Shown: piece by piece, positions 1 through 8,656 of the stretch | Numbering within the stretch: the first letter of the stretch is position 1 | Layout: every line of letters starts with the position of its first letter | From: Candidatus Hydrogenedentota bacterium | GTDB taxonomy: Bacteria > Hydrogenedentota > Hydrogenedentia > Hydrogenedentales > SLHB01 | Reading direction: 5' to 3' | Length of the DNA: 64,000 bases | NCBI GenBank assembly: GCA_045863335.1 | Contig: BTVY01000007.1 | Location: forward strand, 32,001 to 96,000 | Position numbers and translations under genes: made by a program | The notes under the pieces: generated by a model | What the model saw: only the letters and a program-made list of their open reading frames with translations | Told to the model about the DNA's origin: nothing | Database searches by the model: none

Positions 1-310
1 CGCGCTCAGGCCGGGCCTTCCAGAAGTATGATTGTCAATCCCAGCACCTGCAATACCCAAGCCGGGCAACGATGAGTTCACTGTCCCCTCGAGCGAAGCA
101 CGTTCCTATCCCCGGTCCACTCACCCGCGGAATTCGAAACCGGAACTCCGTCGCAGGCGAGACGTATATTCGCAAGCGCAACGCTGAGACGCAGACCACG
201 GCTCCCCACCCAGACAGTCCCTCCCCCATACACACTCGCAAGGCTCAACGCCATCCGAGCCTCTGTTTATAGGGGCGCGTTGGGCTTCCCGCGGTCCGAT
301 GGAAAATCCG

Positions 311-1768
311 TCACGTCCTCATCGCGGCAATAAGTTCGTTCAACGACACGCTGGCGATTGCCGTAGCTTTGTCGCTCATCGCGTAGGGCAGAATGAGTTC
401 GTCCCCGTGCAGCATTGAGCCGCAGCTATAGACGACGTTGGGAACATACCCGTCGCGCTCGTCGCCGTTGGGACTGAGGAGCGGGTCGCGAAGGCGCCCA
501 ACGACCTTGGTGGGATCGTCGAGATCCAGCAGGGCAGCGCCGATGCAGTACTTCCGCATCGGGCCCACGCCATGGGTAATGACCAGCCAGCCGGCGTCTG
601 TCTCGATGGGGGAACCGCAATTCCCCACCTTTACGGTTTCCCAGGCCTCTTCCGGCCGAAGAAGAACTTGCGGATTGCTCCAAAAGTGGGGGTTGTCCGA
701 AAACATGATCAAGAGGTTTTCGTCATCCTGACGGGAGAGCATCGCGTAGAGACCGTTGATGCGTCTGGGGAAGAGGGCCATGCCTTTGTTCTGCACGGCG
801 TCGCCGTTCAGCGTCAGCACACGGAAGTGAAGAAAGTCCCGGGTCTCAATGAGCTGTGGAAGGATGGCACGTCCGTTATAGGCGGTGTAGGTTGCATAAT
901 ACGTGACCGCACCGTCATCATCGACGAAGCGGACGAAGCGTGCGTCCTCGATGCCGTTGCTTTCGTTTGCGGAGACCGGAAAGATGATGCGCTCGCTTAG
1001 CGCCAGGTTGGATGAGAACTGCAATTCGTAGTTGGAATCCGCCAACCATTGCATGCACTCCAGCGTGCGTTGCAGATCGAACGTGCTGGTCAACGTGTCA
1101 TGCCGGATCTGTGCGACGCTATTGACCAAATCGCTGCGGGTAAACGCGTCCGCGAGAGGCCCTGTCACCGCCGAGGTGCAGTCATTGTCAAATCCCATTT
1201 CGTGCAGCTTGATGATGAAGTCCTTCTTCCGGTACCGGGGGTTGGGAACCACTTCGGGCACGGTGACAAAACGCGAGACCGGGTCCATTCCAATGCAGCC
1301 GTCGGGCAAGATCGTTCCTACCCGAAACTCGATGGAGGAGATGTGCCCTTCGCCAGTGGCGCGCAGGCTCATGATAAAACGGAGGCACCCATTAGGCACG
1401 CCGCTTTGATCGGGGTGCGACACGATGGAAGGATTGAACAGGGCTGCGGATTCCAGCGCGTATTCACCGGAGAACAGCGCGCCGATAAGCAGTTGCCGTG
1501 CCCGCGATAGCGTTTCCGGGGCGGCAACGTGGTGTTGCACCTTCGTATAATGATCCAAGAGCAGCGCTTCAATGTCGAAATGCCGGGAATCGAATTCATC
1601 ATGCACCGCACGCAATTCCTTCTCGGCCTCTTCCTCGGTCCGGGCAAGGGCACGGCCAATGATCGCGGCAATACGCTCGGGATCATTGGGGACGAATGGG
1701 CGGATGATGACCCGGGCGCTCTCCGGAAGAAGCGTGACCTCGTGACGGCGCATGCGGATCGTGGTCAT
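311..1768 (-). CDS. GH130-family glycosidase / beta-mannoside phosphorylase-like protein with N-terminal extension
   Basis: 485 aa ORF with GH130 beta-propeller motifs (ALFNPSIV, NGIEDARFVRF, YYATYTAYNG, NKGMALFPRRING, GYVPNVVYSCG). Its start overlaps the stop of the upstream GT gene (ATGA). Confidence 0.85.
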   Translation of the reverse strand: MTTIRMRRHEVTLLPESARVIIRPFVPNDPERIAAIIGRALARTEEEAEKELRAVHDEFDSRHFDIEALLLDHYTKVQHHVAAPETLSRARQLLIGALFSGEYALESAALFNPSIVSHPDQSGVPNGCLRFIMSLRATGEGHISSIEFRVGTILPDGCIGMDPVSRFVTVPEVVPNPRYRKKDFIIKLHEMGFDNDCTSAVTGPLADAFTRSDLVNSVAQIRHDTLTSTFDLQRTLECMQWLADSNYELQFSSNLALSERIIFPVSANESNGIEDARFVRFVDDDGAVTYYATYTAYNGRAILPQLIETRDFLHFRVLTLNGDAVQNKGMALFPRRINGLYAMLSRQDDENLLIMFSDNPHFWSNPQVLLRPEEAWETVKVGNCGSPIETDAGWLVITHGVGPMRKYCIGAALLDLDDPTKVVGRLRDPLLSPNGDERDGYVPNVVYSCGSMLHGDELILPYAMSDKATAIASVSLNELIAAMRT

Positions 1769-4071
1769 GCGAGATCCGGCAGCGGGTGTTCCGCGCGATT
1801 CATCTCAGCCAGTGCCAAATGGAAGGCGAGTGACGATTCCGCTCCTTGGTTCTCGTTGACGCGATCGCAGTGCAACCCATCGCCGCAGCCGCCAGTGCCG
1901 GAATCATAAATCGGGAGACCGAGATCGTTCCGCCCTAGAAACCATTCGAACGCACGCCGGGCCTCGATCAACCAGGAGGAATCCTTCGTGGCGCGAAAGG
2001 CTTCCAGGGAGGCGCAAACCATGGCCTGGGCCTCGACAGGCTGTTGATCGAAGTCGGCGCGCGCACCATCGCGTACATAAAATCCGTTGCTGCCGATGGG
2101 TCTGAAATGGCCTGCTTGAGTCTTTTGCAGCGAGGCCAGCCAGCGGAGGGACTTCAACCCGATTTCCACGGCTTCAGTATGGGCCATACGCATACCGCTC
2201 AGAATCAGGGCTTGGCAAAGGCGGGCGTTGTCGTACGTGGCACTCGCTTCAAACCATGGCCAGTTTTCGGTGGCGCAGCTTTTCCAGAGCGTCACGAGGT
2301 GGCCGGCAAGCGTTTGGCGGACAGCTCTGGCTTCCAGACTATCCGGACACCTCCGAATGTACTCATCAATCCCAAGCAACGTGAACGACCAAGCGCGCGG
2401 CGAGGTGAATGACGTTGCGGCGCTCAATCCACGTTCGAAGAGTTGCGCCGATAACCGGCCCCGGCCCTCGTTTCGAGACCGCGCCGATCCGACACCCAAC
2501 GCCCAAAGCGCGCGGCCGTGGCTGTCCTCGCTGCCGGCATCCTCCAGCCATTGCCGGCCATGGCTCATAAAGTTCCGGAATCGCCCCGTATCGCGATTCA
2601 AGGCAGACGCGAGAAACGCGAGATACGTGGTAGTGAAGCCATTGAGATTCTCTTCGAGAGGCTCGCCGCCTAGTTCATCAAGGAGATTGCATAAGATGAA
2701 CGCCCTGGCATTGTCATCGGTGCAGTAGCCATGGTGAAAGTCCGGAACATTGAAAATCGCATGTTGAAAGATACCGGTGTTGTCACTCATGTGGACGATG
2801 TGATCCAGCCGCAACGGAGGGAGATCGTAAGGACGGCTGGCGAGTGTCCAATTTGCAAAGGCGGTGCGTGGGGTCGCCTGGCGATCCGCACGCGCATGTT
2901 GGAACGACTCCAGATAGCGTTGGGCCACTGCAGACCAGATCATCTCACGCCCGCGCCGATAGGCCTCTTCTCGCGTACTCTCCAGAAGATCGGGACGGTT
3001 GAGAAACTCGCACACGCCGGCGGCGATGGCGGGTGGGTCGCGAAAAGGAACGAGTATGCCGCGTCCTTCCGCAAGCAGTTCCTGTGCATGCCAGTACGGA
3101 GTGGAAACCACCGCCTTGCCCGCGCCGAACACATACGCCAAGGTTCCGGACGTGATTTGTCCCTCGTTAAGATAGGGCGTGATGTAAATGTCCGTTGCGC
3201 CGATGAATTCGGTCAGGTCGTCGAGCGACACAAAACGGTTGTGAAAAATCAGGTGTTCTTTTACACCGCGCTCCTCTGCCAGTCTTTCCAGACTTAGCCG
3301 ATAACGCTCCCCCTCGCGCGCCAAAAGATTTGGATGTGTCGCACCCAGCACCAGATAAACCACATTCGGATGAGCCTGAACGATTTCGGGTAATGCTTCG
3401 ATGACGTATTCAATACCCTTGCCAGGGCCAAGCAGGCCGAAGGTCAGTAAGACAATTCGTCCCTCGACGCCGAACTGCTCCTTGAACGAGCGGGAATCCG
3501 CGAACGGAACATCGGGGATACCGTGGTGAATGATATCCAGTTTGGTATCCGGCACCGCGTACGTATCGCGCAGAATCTCCGCGCCCTTCTGCGCCATCAC
3601 GACCACGCGGTCGCTGCGTTGCACCAACTCGTTCATGACCGTCCGTTGCGCGGCATTCGGCTCGCGAAGAACCGTGTGCAACGTGGTGACCACAGGCATG
3701 CGGACTTCTTTAAGGAGCGCCAACACGTGACTTCCCGCAGGTCCGCCGTAGATGCCGAACTCATGCTGCACGCACAGTACGTCCGCATTGTTGAAGTTCA
3801 GGAAATCCGCTGCCCGGCGATAGGAGTCCAAATCCTTTTCCAGCAATTCAAAACGTACGCGGGATGGATACTCATAACCGTCTACCCGGTCGTTCACCGC
3901 ACCCGCATAACATTGCGCCGCCGGAACCGCCCCCGCCACGGCTTCGCAGAGATCGTGGGTGAAGGTCGCAATTCCGCACAGGCGTGGCACGTAGTTTCCG
4001 AGGAATGCGATGCGCATTGGCGGGGCCAGGTGACCCACGGTTTTCCTTTCCGGTGCCGCGCGGGAACGCAA
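1765..4071 (-). CDS. GT4 glycosyltransferase fused to a C-terminal six-hairpin glycosidase-like domain
   Basis: N-terminal GT-B motifs (PRLCGIATFT, QHEFGIYGG, FGLLGPGKGIE, TSGTLAY). C-terminal domain has GYCTDDNARA, EDSHGRALWALG, YDNARL, FDQQPVEA, NQGAES. The true start may be the ATG at 4017 (MRIAFLG). Confidence 0.85.
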   Translation of the reverse strand: MRSRAAPERKTVGHLAPPMRIAFLGNYVPRLCGIATFTHDLCEAVAGAVPAAQCYAGAVNDRVDGYEYPSRVRFELLEKDLDSYRRAADFLNFNNADVLCVQHEFGIYGGPAGSHVLALLKEVRMPVVTTLHTVLREPNAAQRTVMNELVQRSDRVVVMAQKGAEILRDTYAVPDTKLDIIHHGIPDVPFADSRSFKEQFGVEGRIVLLTFGLLGPGKGIEYVIEALPEIVQAHPNVVYLVLGATHPNLLAREGERYRLSLERLAEERGVKEHLIFHNRFVSLDDLTEFIGATDIYITPYLNEGQITSGTLAYVFGAGKAVVSTPYWHAQELLAEGRGILVPFRDPPAIAAGVCEFLNRPDLLESTREEAYRRGREMIWSAVAQRYLESFQHARADRQATPRTAFANWTLASRPYDLPPLRLDHIVHMSDNTGIFQHAIFNVPDFHHGYCTDDNARAFILCNLLDELGGEPLEENLNGFTTTYLAFLASALNRDTGRFRNFMSHGRQWLEDAGSEDSHGRALWALGVGSARSRNEGRGRLSAQLFERGLSAATSFTSPRAWSFTLLGIDEYIRRCPDSLEARAVRQTLAGHLVTLWKSCATENWPWFEASATYDNARLCQALILSGMRMAHTEAVEIGLKSLRWLASLQKTQAGHFRPIGSNGFYVRDGARADFDQQPVEAQAMVCASLEAFRATKDSSWLIEARRAFEWFLGRNDLGLPIYDSGTGGCGDGLHCDRVNENQGAESSLAFHLALAEMNRAEHPLPDLA

Positions 4072-4198
4072 GATACCGTTCAGCGTTCTCGTACGATTCC
4101 AACTACAGGTTCGGTGTAATCCTTACAAGCCTGCCGTCACTTCCGCGTGACGGTAGTCTCAGGTCCAAGTCGGAGTTTGTTCTCCAGACACACCCATT

Positions 4199-4645
4199 CT
4201 ACGGCTGAAAACGATGCTCGTAATAGTCGTCGTTTAATTTACCCACAAGATCCCGGGAATCCGAAAGATCGGCTTCCAGGAGTTCTCGCCAGGAAACGAA
4301 TCCCCGAAATTGGTGATGTTCATCCTTGACGACCAACTGGCCAAGCCGTTTGTCGACCATGATTGCCTTCGCGACCTCATAGCGTTCGTCCATGGAGATC
4401 CAGTATGCCGGTGACGTCATTGCGTCCCGGACTTTGGTCGAATTCAGGTCGAGTCCCTGGCGCACAATCCGCCGCAACAGATCGCGTTCCGAAAAGACTC
4501 CGACAACCTTGTCGCCGTCACAAACGGCGACCGCACGCACTTCGCCGTCGTACATGTAATCAATCACTTGCCGAATCGTTCGGTCGAGATTCACCGAGTA
4601 CTTCTCCCGATCTTCGCCGACAAGTTCACGTATCGTCATAGACAT
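4199..4645 (-). CDS. CBS domain-containing protein
   Basis: Tandem CBS pair (VVGVFSERDLLRRIV, KVRDAMT, GFVSWRELL); GGAG-type RBS upstream. Confidence 0.85.
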   Translation of the reverse strand: MSMTIRELVGEDREKYSVNLDRTIRQVIDYMYDGEVRAVAVCDGDKVVGVFSERDLLRRIVRQGLDLNSTKVRDAMTSPAYWISMDERYEVAKAIMVDKRLGQLVVKDEHHQFRGFVSWRELLEADLSDSRDLVGKLNDDYYEHRFQP

Positions 4646-4771
4646 TGTTCTTGCTCCAATTGCGCAGCGGTTGTCGCCGGATGGGGATATCGCTTGTCAC
4701 AATTCCCGCTACCATGCAAAGTCAGATGCCGGAAAATTGGTGAAACGTATTGTTTTCGATCTCGAGAATTC

Positions 4772-4897
4772 CTATTTGAGGAGTCCGGCTGAAGGCTTCT
4801 TCTCGTGTTTTTCTTCCTTGCGCTTCTTTGAATCCGCGTCCTTTACCGCTTTCTGTTTTCGGTTTTTGTCCTTGTCTTTCTGGCTCTTGTCACCCAA
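4772..4897 (-). CDS. Small lysine-rich protein, 41 aa (MGDKSQKDKDKNRKQKAVKDADSKKRKEEKHEKKPSAGLLK)
   Basis: Read by hand, below the ORF-track cutoff: GGGAGG RBS 6 nt before a TTG start at 4897, TAG stop at 4772-4774, strongly biased K/D/E/R composition. Confidence 0.65.
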   Translation of the reverse strand: MGDKSQKDKDKNRKQKAVKDADSKKRKEEKHEKKPSAGLLK

Positions 4898-5431
4898 TGG
4901 AAACCTCCCTCATTGTATCGGCTAAGACCAGCCAAACCGTTGAAAAAGTTCAAATCGTGGACCGGGTCCGGTCGTCATTTGCGCCGCGCGAATAGGCGCG
5001 CATTGTCTTTCGCACAGAATTCGAGAGGAATAAATGAGGCAGTCAGATAGGAAAGAAAACGGTACCTGCTCTACCGGGAGCTTCGACCCATATTCGTTAC
5101 TATACGCCAATGAGGCGAAGATATCCATCCCAGAGCGGAACTTGTCCGGTTACATTGTGGCGCCGCACGATGTCGTCGTCTCGAGTCGACCAGCGTTAGG
5201 GTGATAACATCGTCCGCTGTTCCCGTCATCGGCCCGTCACGGGTCCACACTGACGACCGGGGGAGTCTCTGGAAATAAGGTGGAAATCACTACTGTCCCA
5301 ACGTTTTTAATTTGGCATTTGTAGATATTTGGAATAAAAAGACTTGGAACGCAAAACTCGTTTTTCGATTTTGAGCCGGAGAAGTCAATCTGGCCATCCT
5401 TGCAGATTCACACGCGAGGAGGCACAGTATG

Positions 5432-5500
5432 GAAATAGAGGGACTGGAAATAGAGGGACGAAATAGAGGGACGGGACGAAATAGAGCGAAATAGAGGGAC
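5432..5500 (+). repeat. Irregular tandem repeat of GAAATAGAGGGAC (4 perfect copies plus partial copies)
   Basis: Copies at 5432-5444, 5447-5459, 5460-5472 and 5488-5500; partial GGGAC at 5473-5477 and GAAATAGAG at 5478-5486. Confidence 0.95.
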
Positions 5501-5503
5501 AGA

Positions 5504-5795
5504 CTACGAATTACCCGCCTCTCCGCCGGCTTCCTTTGCGCGTTTGCGCTTACGGCCTCGTTTGGCCGGACGGGGGAGGGGCCGAGCAGGTTCTCCAGTT
5601 GGACCACGAATCACGCCTTTGGCGTGACGCAAGGGCGGCCCGTGTTGGTCTGGCGGCGAATGCGATCGACGGCATCGGGGTCCTCCTCCACACGAAGCCA
5701 CTCCGCCCAGTCCCCAATGACGCCGGGCGGGGGGAACTCCTTCAATAGTAGCGTATCGGTCGCCAAACCGCAATGGGCTCGCGCAAAAACCACGG
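5504..5795 (-). pseudogene. C-terminal remnant of a REP-associated tyrosine (Y1/HUH) transposase (RAYT)
   Basis: Translation across frameshifts gives PW..ARAHCG...DWAEWL...DAVDRIRRQTNTGRPC[stop]FVVQLENLLG...RPAKRGRKRK. This matches the typical RAYT C-terminus (PWSSARAH...LRRxxxTGRPxGxxxF...RGRPxK). The HUH catalytic half is absent. Confidence 0.7.
5611..5627. repeat. Short palindromic hairpin element TCACGCC-TTT-GGCGTGA
   Basis: Perfect 7-bp stem; the same stem recurs at 52245-52260 and 52591-52607. Confidence 0.85.
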
Positions 5796-5856
5796 GCTGC
5801 TAGTGTAGTGAATTCGAGATTCGTTTCGCTTTTTTGTCCCGGTATCTGAGGGAACA

Positions 5857-5889
5857 TCCCCCTAAATCCCCCTTCAAAGGGGGACTTTT
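5857..5889. repeat. REP-like palindrome TCCCCCTAAATCCCCCTTCAAAGGGGGACTTTT, possibly acting as a terminator
   Basis: Stem TCCCCCTT/AAGGGGGA (5867-5884) with a duplicated TCCCCCT arm, about 50 nt downstream of the cyclase stop. Confidence 0.55.
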
Positions 5890-5939
5890 AGCGACACGTC
5901 ACACAATATCTTTGAGAAGGGAATTTCGGGTTCAGGACA

Positions 5940-7577
5940 CTACCCCTTCACCGATTCGACTTTGTAGGCGTGTACGGGTTCTTCCTTGCCTTTGAGCATG
6001 ACGGTGCCAATCGGCGTGACCTGGACGCGGTCGTGGATGAGGCTGTAGGTTCCTTCCGACACGATCACCTGGCCCGGTTCGGCGAGTGAGCAGAGGCGGC
6101 GCGCCGTGTTCACCTTATCCCCCACCACGGTGAACTCCATGCGGTCGGGCGATCCGATGTACCCCGCAACCGCTTCTCCGGTGGCGACGCCAATTCCCAG
6201 TTCGAAGAGAGGACGCCCCTGCTGTTTGCGGCGTTCGTTCAGTTCCGCGTTCTTGATCTGGATGGCAATGGCGGCCTTCACGGCGCGGTACGCGTCGTCC
6301 CCCGTGCTGAGGGGCGACCCGAAGACCGCCATGATCTCGTCGCCGATGTACTTGTCGAGCGTCCCTTCCAACTCGAAGATGATTGCCGTCATCGCGGTGA
6401 AATGCTCGTTGAGCATATCGACCAGTTCCGTCGGCGATATCCGCTCCGCGATGGGCGTGAACCCGCGAACGTCGCAGAACAGGGTGGTCACAATCCGCTT
6501 GCGGCCGCCCAGTTCGAGGACGGTGTCCTCCTTCATGATCTCTTCCACGATAGAAGGCGACAGGAAGCGGCCGAGGCTCGCGCGCTTCTTTTCCGATTCC
6601 ACCATGCGCTCGTAGAGCTGAACGTTCTCGATCGCCATGGCGGACTGAGCGGCCAGCGATGCGAATAATTCAAGATCCTCCTCGTCGAACGTATGCGTTG
6701 GATCCCGCGTATCGACGTAGATAGAGCCGAGAATCCGGTCCTCCACCTTCAGCGGCACGCACATGGCGCTGCAAATCTGCTGGCGGATGATGCTCTCCCG
6801 GCCGCCGAACTCACCGTCCCGCTCGCGGTTCGCCATGAGCACCGGTTCACCGTCCCGCGCGGCGCGCCCGGCGATCCCCATGCTCGGCGAACTGGCTTGA
6901 AGCTCCTGCCCCATCTGGCGCGCCACGCTGACCTTCAGTCCGTCGCCAGAGTCTCCCTTCAACATGATGAACCCGCGCTGGGCGTTCATCACCTCGATGG
7001 CCGTATCCAACACCGACGAGAGCCGGTTGTGGAGATCGAACTCCGACGCGATCGATTTGGTCGCCTTATACAGCGCGTCGAGCCGGCGGAAGGCGCGCCC
7101 CATTTTGACCAAGTCTTCCTGGGACACGGCGGGCGCTTGCGCAGTGGTGGGCGTCGGCGTCTTGGCTTGCATGCCGATGAGAGTCATGCTGTTCCCGACG
7201 CTCTCCATTTCCGCGCGGATCTTGTCCAGATCCTGCACCAATGGTGAGTCTTCTGCCTTAGCGGACACCGGCGGCGCATCGGCGTCCGCCTGGAACAGAA
7301 TCCGGCATTTGCTGCCCAGCCAGATCTCATCCTTGTCCGCCAACACCCGCTCAACCACGCGCTGACGGTTGACGTACGTGCCATTCAGACTGCTGAGGTC
7401 GTAGAGGACCACATGCGCCCCGCGGCGGACGATCTTGGCATGGTGGCGCGATACCTCATCGGCGACGAGCGCGACGTCGTTGTCCTCCGCGCGCCCAAGA
7501 TGGATGGTATCTTTGGAAAGGGGCACCGTAATCGGCGCAACACCCGGTTGTTCGATAATGGCTTTCGACATTCCCAC
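5940..7577 (-). CDS. FHA-GAF-class III adenylate cyclase
   Basis: FHA (LGRAEDND, VSRHHA, SLNGTYVN), GAF (SAMCVPL..ILGSIYVD, FDEEDLEL) and cyclase motifs (FCDVRGF, DKYIGDEIM, GDKVNTARRL). The Lys in DKYIGD points to ATP specificity. Confidence 0.9.
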   Translation of the reverse strand: MGMSKAIIEQPGVAPITVPLSKDTIHLGRAEDNDVALVADEVSRHHAKIVRRGAHVVLYDLSSLNGTYVNRQRVVERVLADKDEIWLGSKCRILFQADADAPPVSAKAEDSPLVQDLDKIRAEMESVGNSMTLIGMQAKTPTPTTAQAPAVSQEDLVKMGRAFRRLDALYKATKSIASEFDLHNRLSSVLDTAIEVMNAQRGFIMLKGDSGDGLKVSVARQMGQELQASSPSMGIAGRAARDGEPVLMANRERDGEFGGRESIIRQQICSAMCVPLKVEDRILGSIYVDTRDPTHTFDEEDLELFASLAAQSAMAIENVQLYERMVESEKKRASLGRFLSPSIVEEIMKEDTVLELGGRKRIVTTLFCDVRGFTPIAERISPTELVDMLNEHFTAMTAIIFELEGTLDKYIGDEIMAVFGSPLSTGDDAYRAVKAAIAIQIKNAELNERRKQQGRPLFELGIGVATGEAVAGYIGSPDRMEFTVVGDKVNTARRLCSLAEPGQVIVSEGTYSLIHDRVQVTPIGTVMLKGKEEPVHAYKVESVKG

Positions 7578-7643
7578 AGACTCCCATGCGCAGCGACGGC
7601 ATCATAACAACGGCCGGCGAAGCGGTCAATGGACGGCGTCCCA

Positions 7644-7673
7644 TTGTGCGCAGCTCGCCGGCTTTGATACACT
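7644..7673 (+). promoter_or_regulatory. Putative sigma70 promoter for rsmA (TTGTGC-18 nt-TACACT with extended TG)
   Basis: Motif match only. Confidence 0.35.
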
Positions 7674-7681
7674 CCCGCCAA

Positions 7682-7712
7682 GCGGACGCCTTTGCAGGCA
7701 TCCGCCTTTTTT
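7682..7712. terminator. Terminator-like hairpin in the divergent cyclase/rsmA intergenic region
   Basis: GCGGACGCCT-TTGC-AGGCATCCGC followed by CTTTTTT on the + strand; on the - strand the stem is fully paired (G.U) with a GCAA tetraloop. Confidence 0.45.
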
Positions 7713-7757
7713 GTCTAAGGTCGCCCGAGTACAGCCGGGCGGGAGTACGAGCGAAAC

Positions 7758-8606
7758 ATGGCCCTCCGGGATCTTTGTGAACAATACGGCATCTCTTTCA
7801 AAAAGCAGTTGGGACAGAACCTGCTGCTCGACGAGAACATCAACCGCATCATGGTGGACGCCGCGGACATCACCGGCGCTGACGATGTCATCGAGGTGGG
7901 GGCGGGCCTCGGCGCGCTTACGGGTCGCATCGCGGAACGGGCGAACCGCGTTTTGGCCATCGAAATTGACCGTTCGTTCATGCCCTGCCTCGAGGATCAG
8001 TTCGGCGCGAACGACAAGGTAAAGCTATTCCGGGGCGACGTGCTGAACCACGACGTGGAGAAGCTGGTCGCGGAATACCTGCCGGAACCCAAGACGCTGA
8101 AGATGGTGTCGAACCTCCCCTACTACATCACAACCCCCGTCCTCTTTCATTTCTGGGAATCCTCACTGCACTTCGACCGGCTGGTCGTTATGACGCAAGA
8201 AGAGGTCGCCCTGCGCATGGTGGACCCGGTTGGAGGCCACGACTACGGCGTGCTGGCCTTGGCGGCGGCGCTGTATTCCGACGTCGACATTGTCCATAAA
8301 GTGCCGCGGACTTGTTTTCGTCCACAACCCCGCGTGGACAGTTGCATCGTCCGCATGCGATGCCGGCAAGAGCCGCTTTACCCCGACGTGCCGCCCAAGT
8401 TCCTCATGCGGATCATACGCTCCGCCTTTTCCCAGCGCCGGAAGACGCTGCGCAACTCGCTCACCCGGGCGGGCGCCTTCGGGGCGCCCAAAGAGGCCGT
8501 GTTGGAAGCCTTCGATGCCACGGGAATCGATCCCGGCCGGAGGCCCCAGACCCTGACGCTCGACGAATTTGCCGCGCTCGCGCGTGAAATCCGAAGCCGA
8601 ATCTGA
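7758..8606 (+). CDS. rsmA: 16S rRNA (adenine1518/1519-N6)-dimethyltransferase
   Basis: KKQLGQNLL, VIEVGAGLGALT, IEID, SNLPYYITTP, FRPQPRVDS, FSQRRKTLRNSL. Confidence 0.97.
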   Translation: MALRDLCEQYGISFKKQLGQNLLLDENINRIMVDAADITGADDVIEVGAGLGALTGRIAERANRVLAIEIDRSFMPCLEDQFGANDKVKLFRGDVLNHDVEKLVAEYLPEPKTLKMVSNLPYYITTPVLFHFWESSLHFDRLVVMTQEEVALRMVDPVGGHDYGVLALAAALYSDVDIVHKVPRTCFRPQPRVDSCIVRMRCRQEPLYPDVPPKFLMRIIRSAFSQRRKTLRNSLTRAGAFGAPKEAVLEAFDATGIDPGRRPQTLTLDEFAALAREIRSRI

Positions 8607-8656
8607 CACACTGACGCGGCCGCGAACGGTTGGGGCCATCGTAGCGAAGGTGAACC

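Noticed and set aside
1-300. Short ORFs or an RNA gene at the window start
   Set aside because: No RBS, protein motif or tRNA/ncRNA fold that I can recognise.
4131-4156. Hairpin CTGCCGTCAC-TTCCGC-GTGACGGTAG as another copy of the TCACGCC element
   Set aside because: It shares only GTCAC/GTGAC and lacks the GCC/GGC core; more likely an ordinary stem-loop after the CBS gene.
5432-5500. Possible CRISPR array
   Set aside because: Units are 13 nt with no unique spacers, and there are no cas genes.
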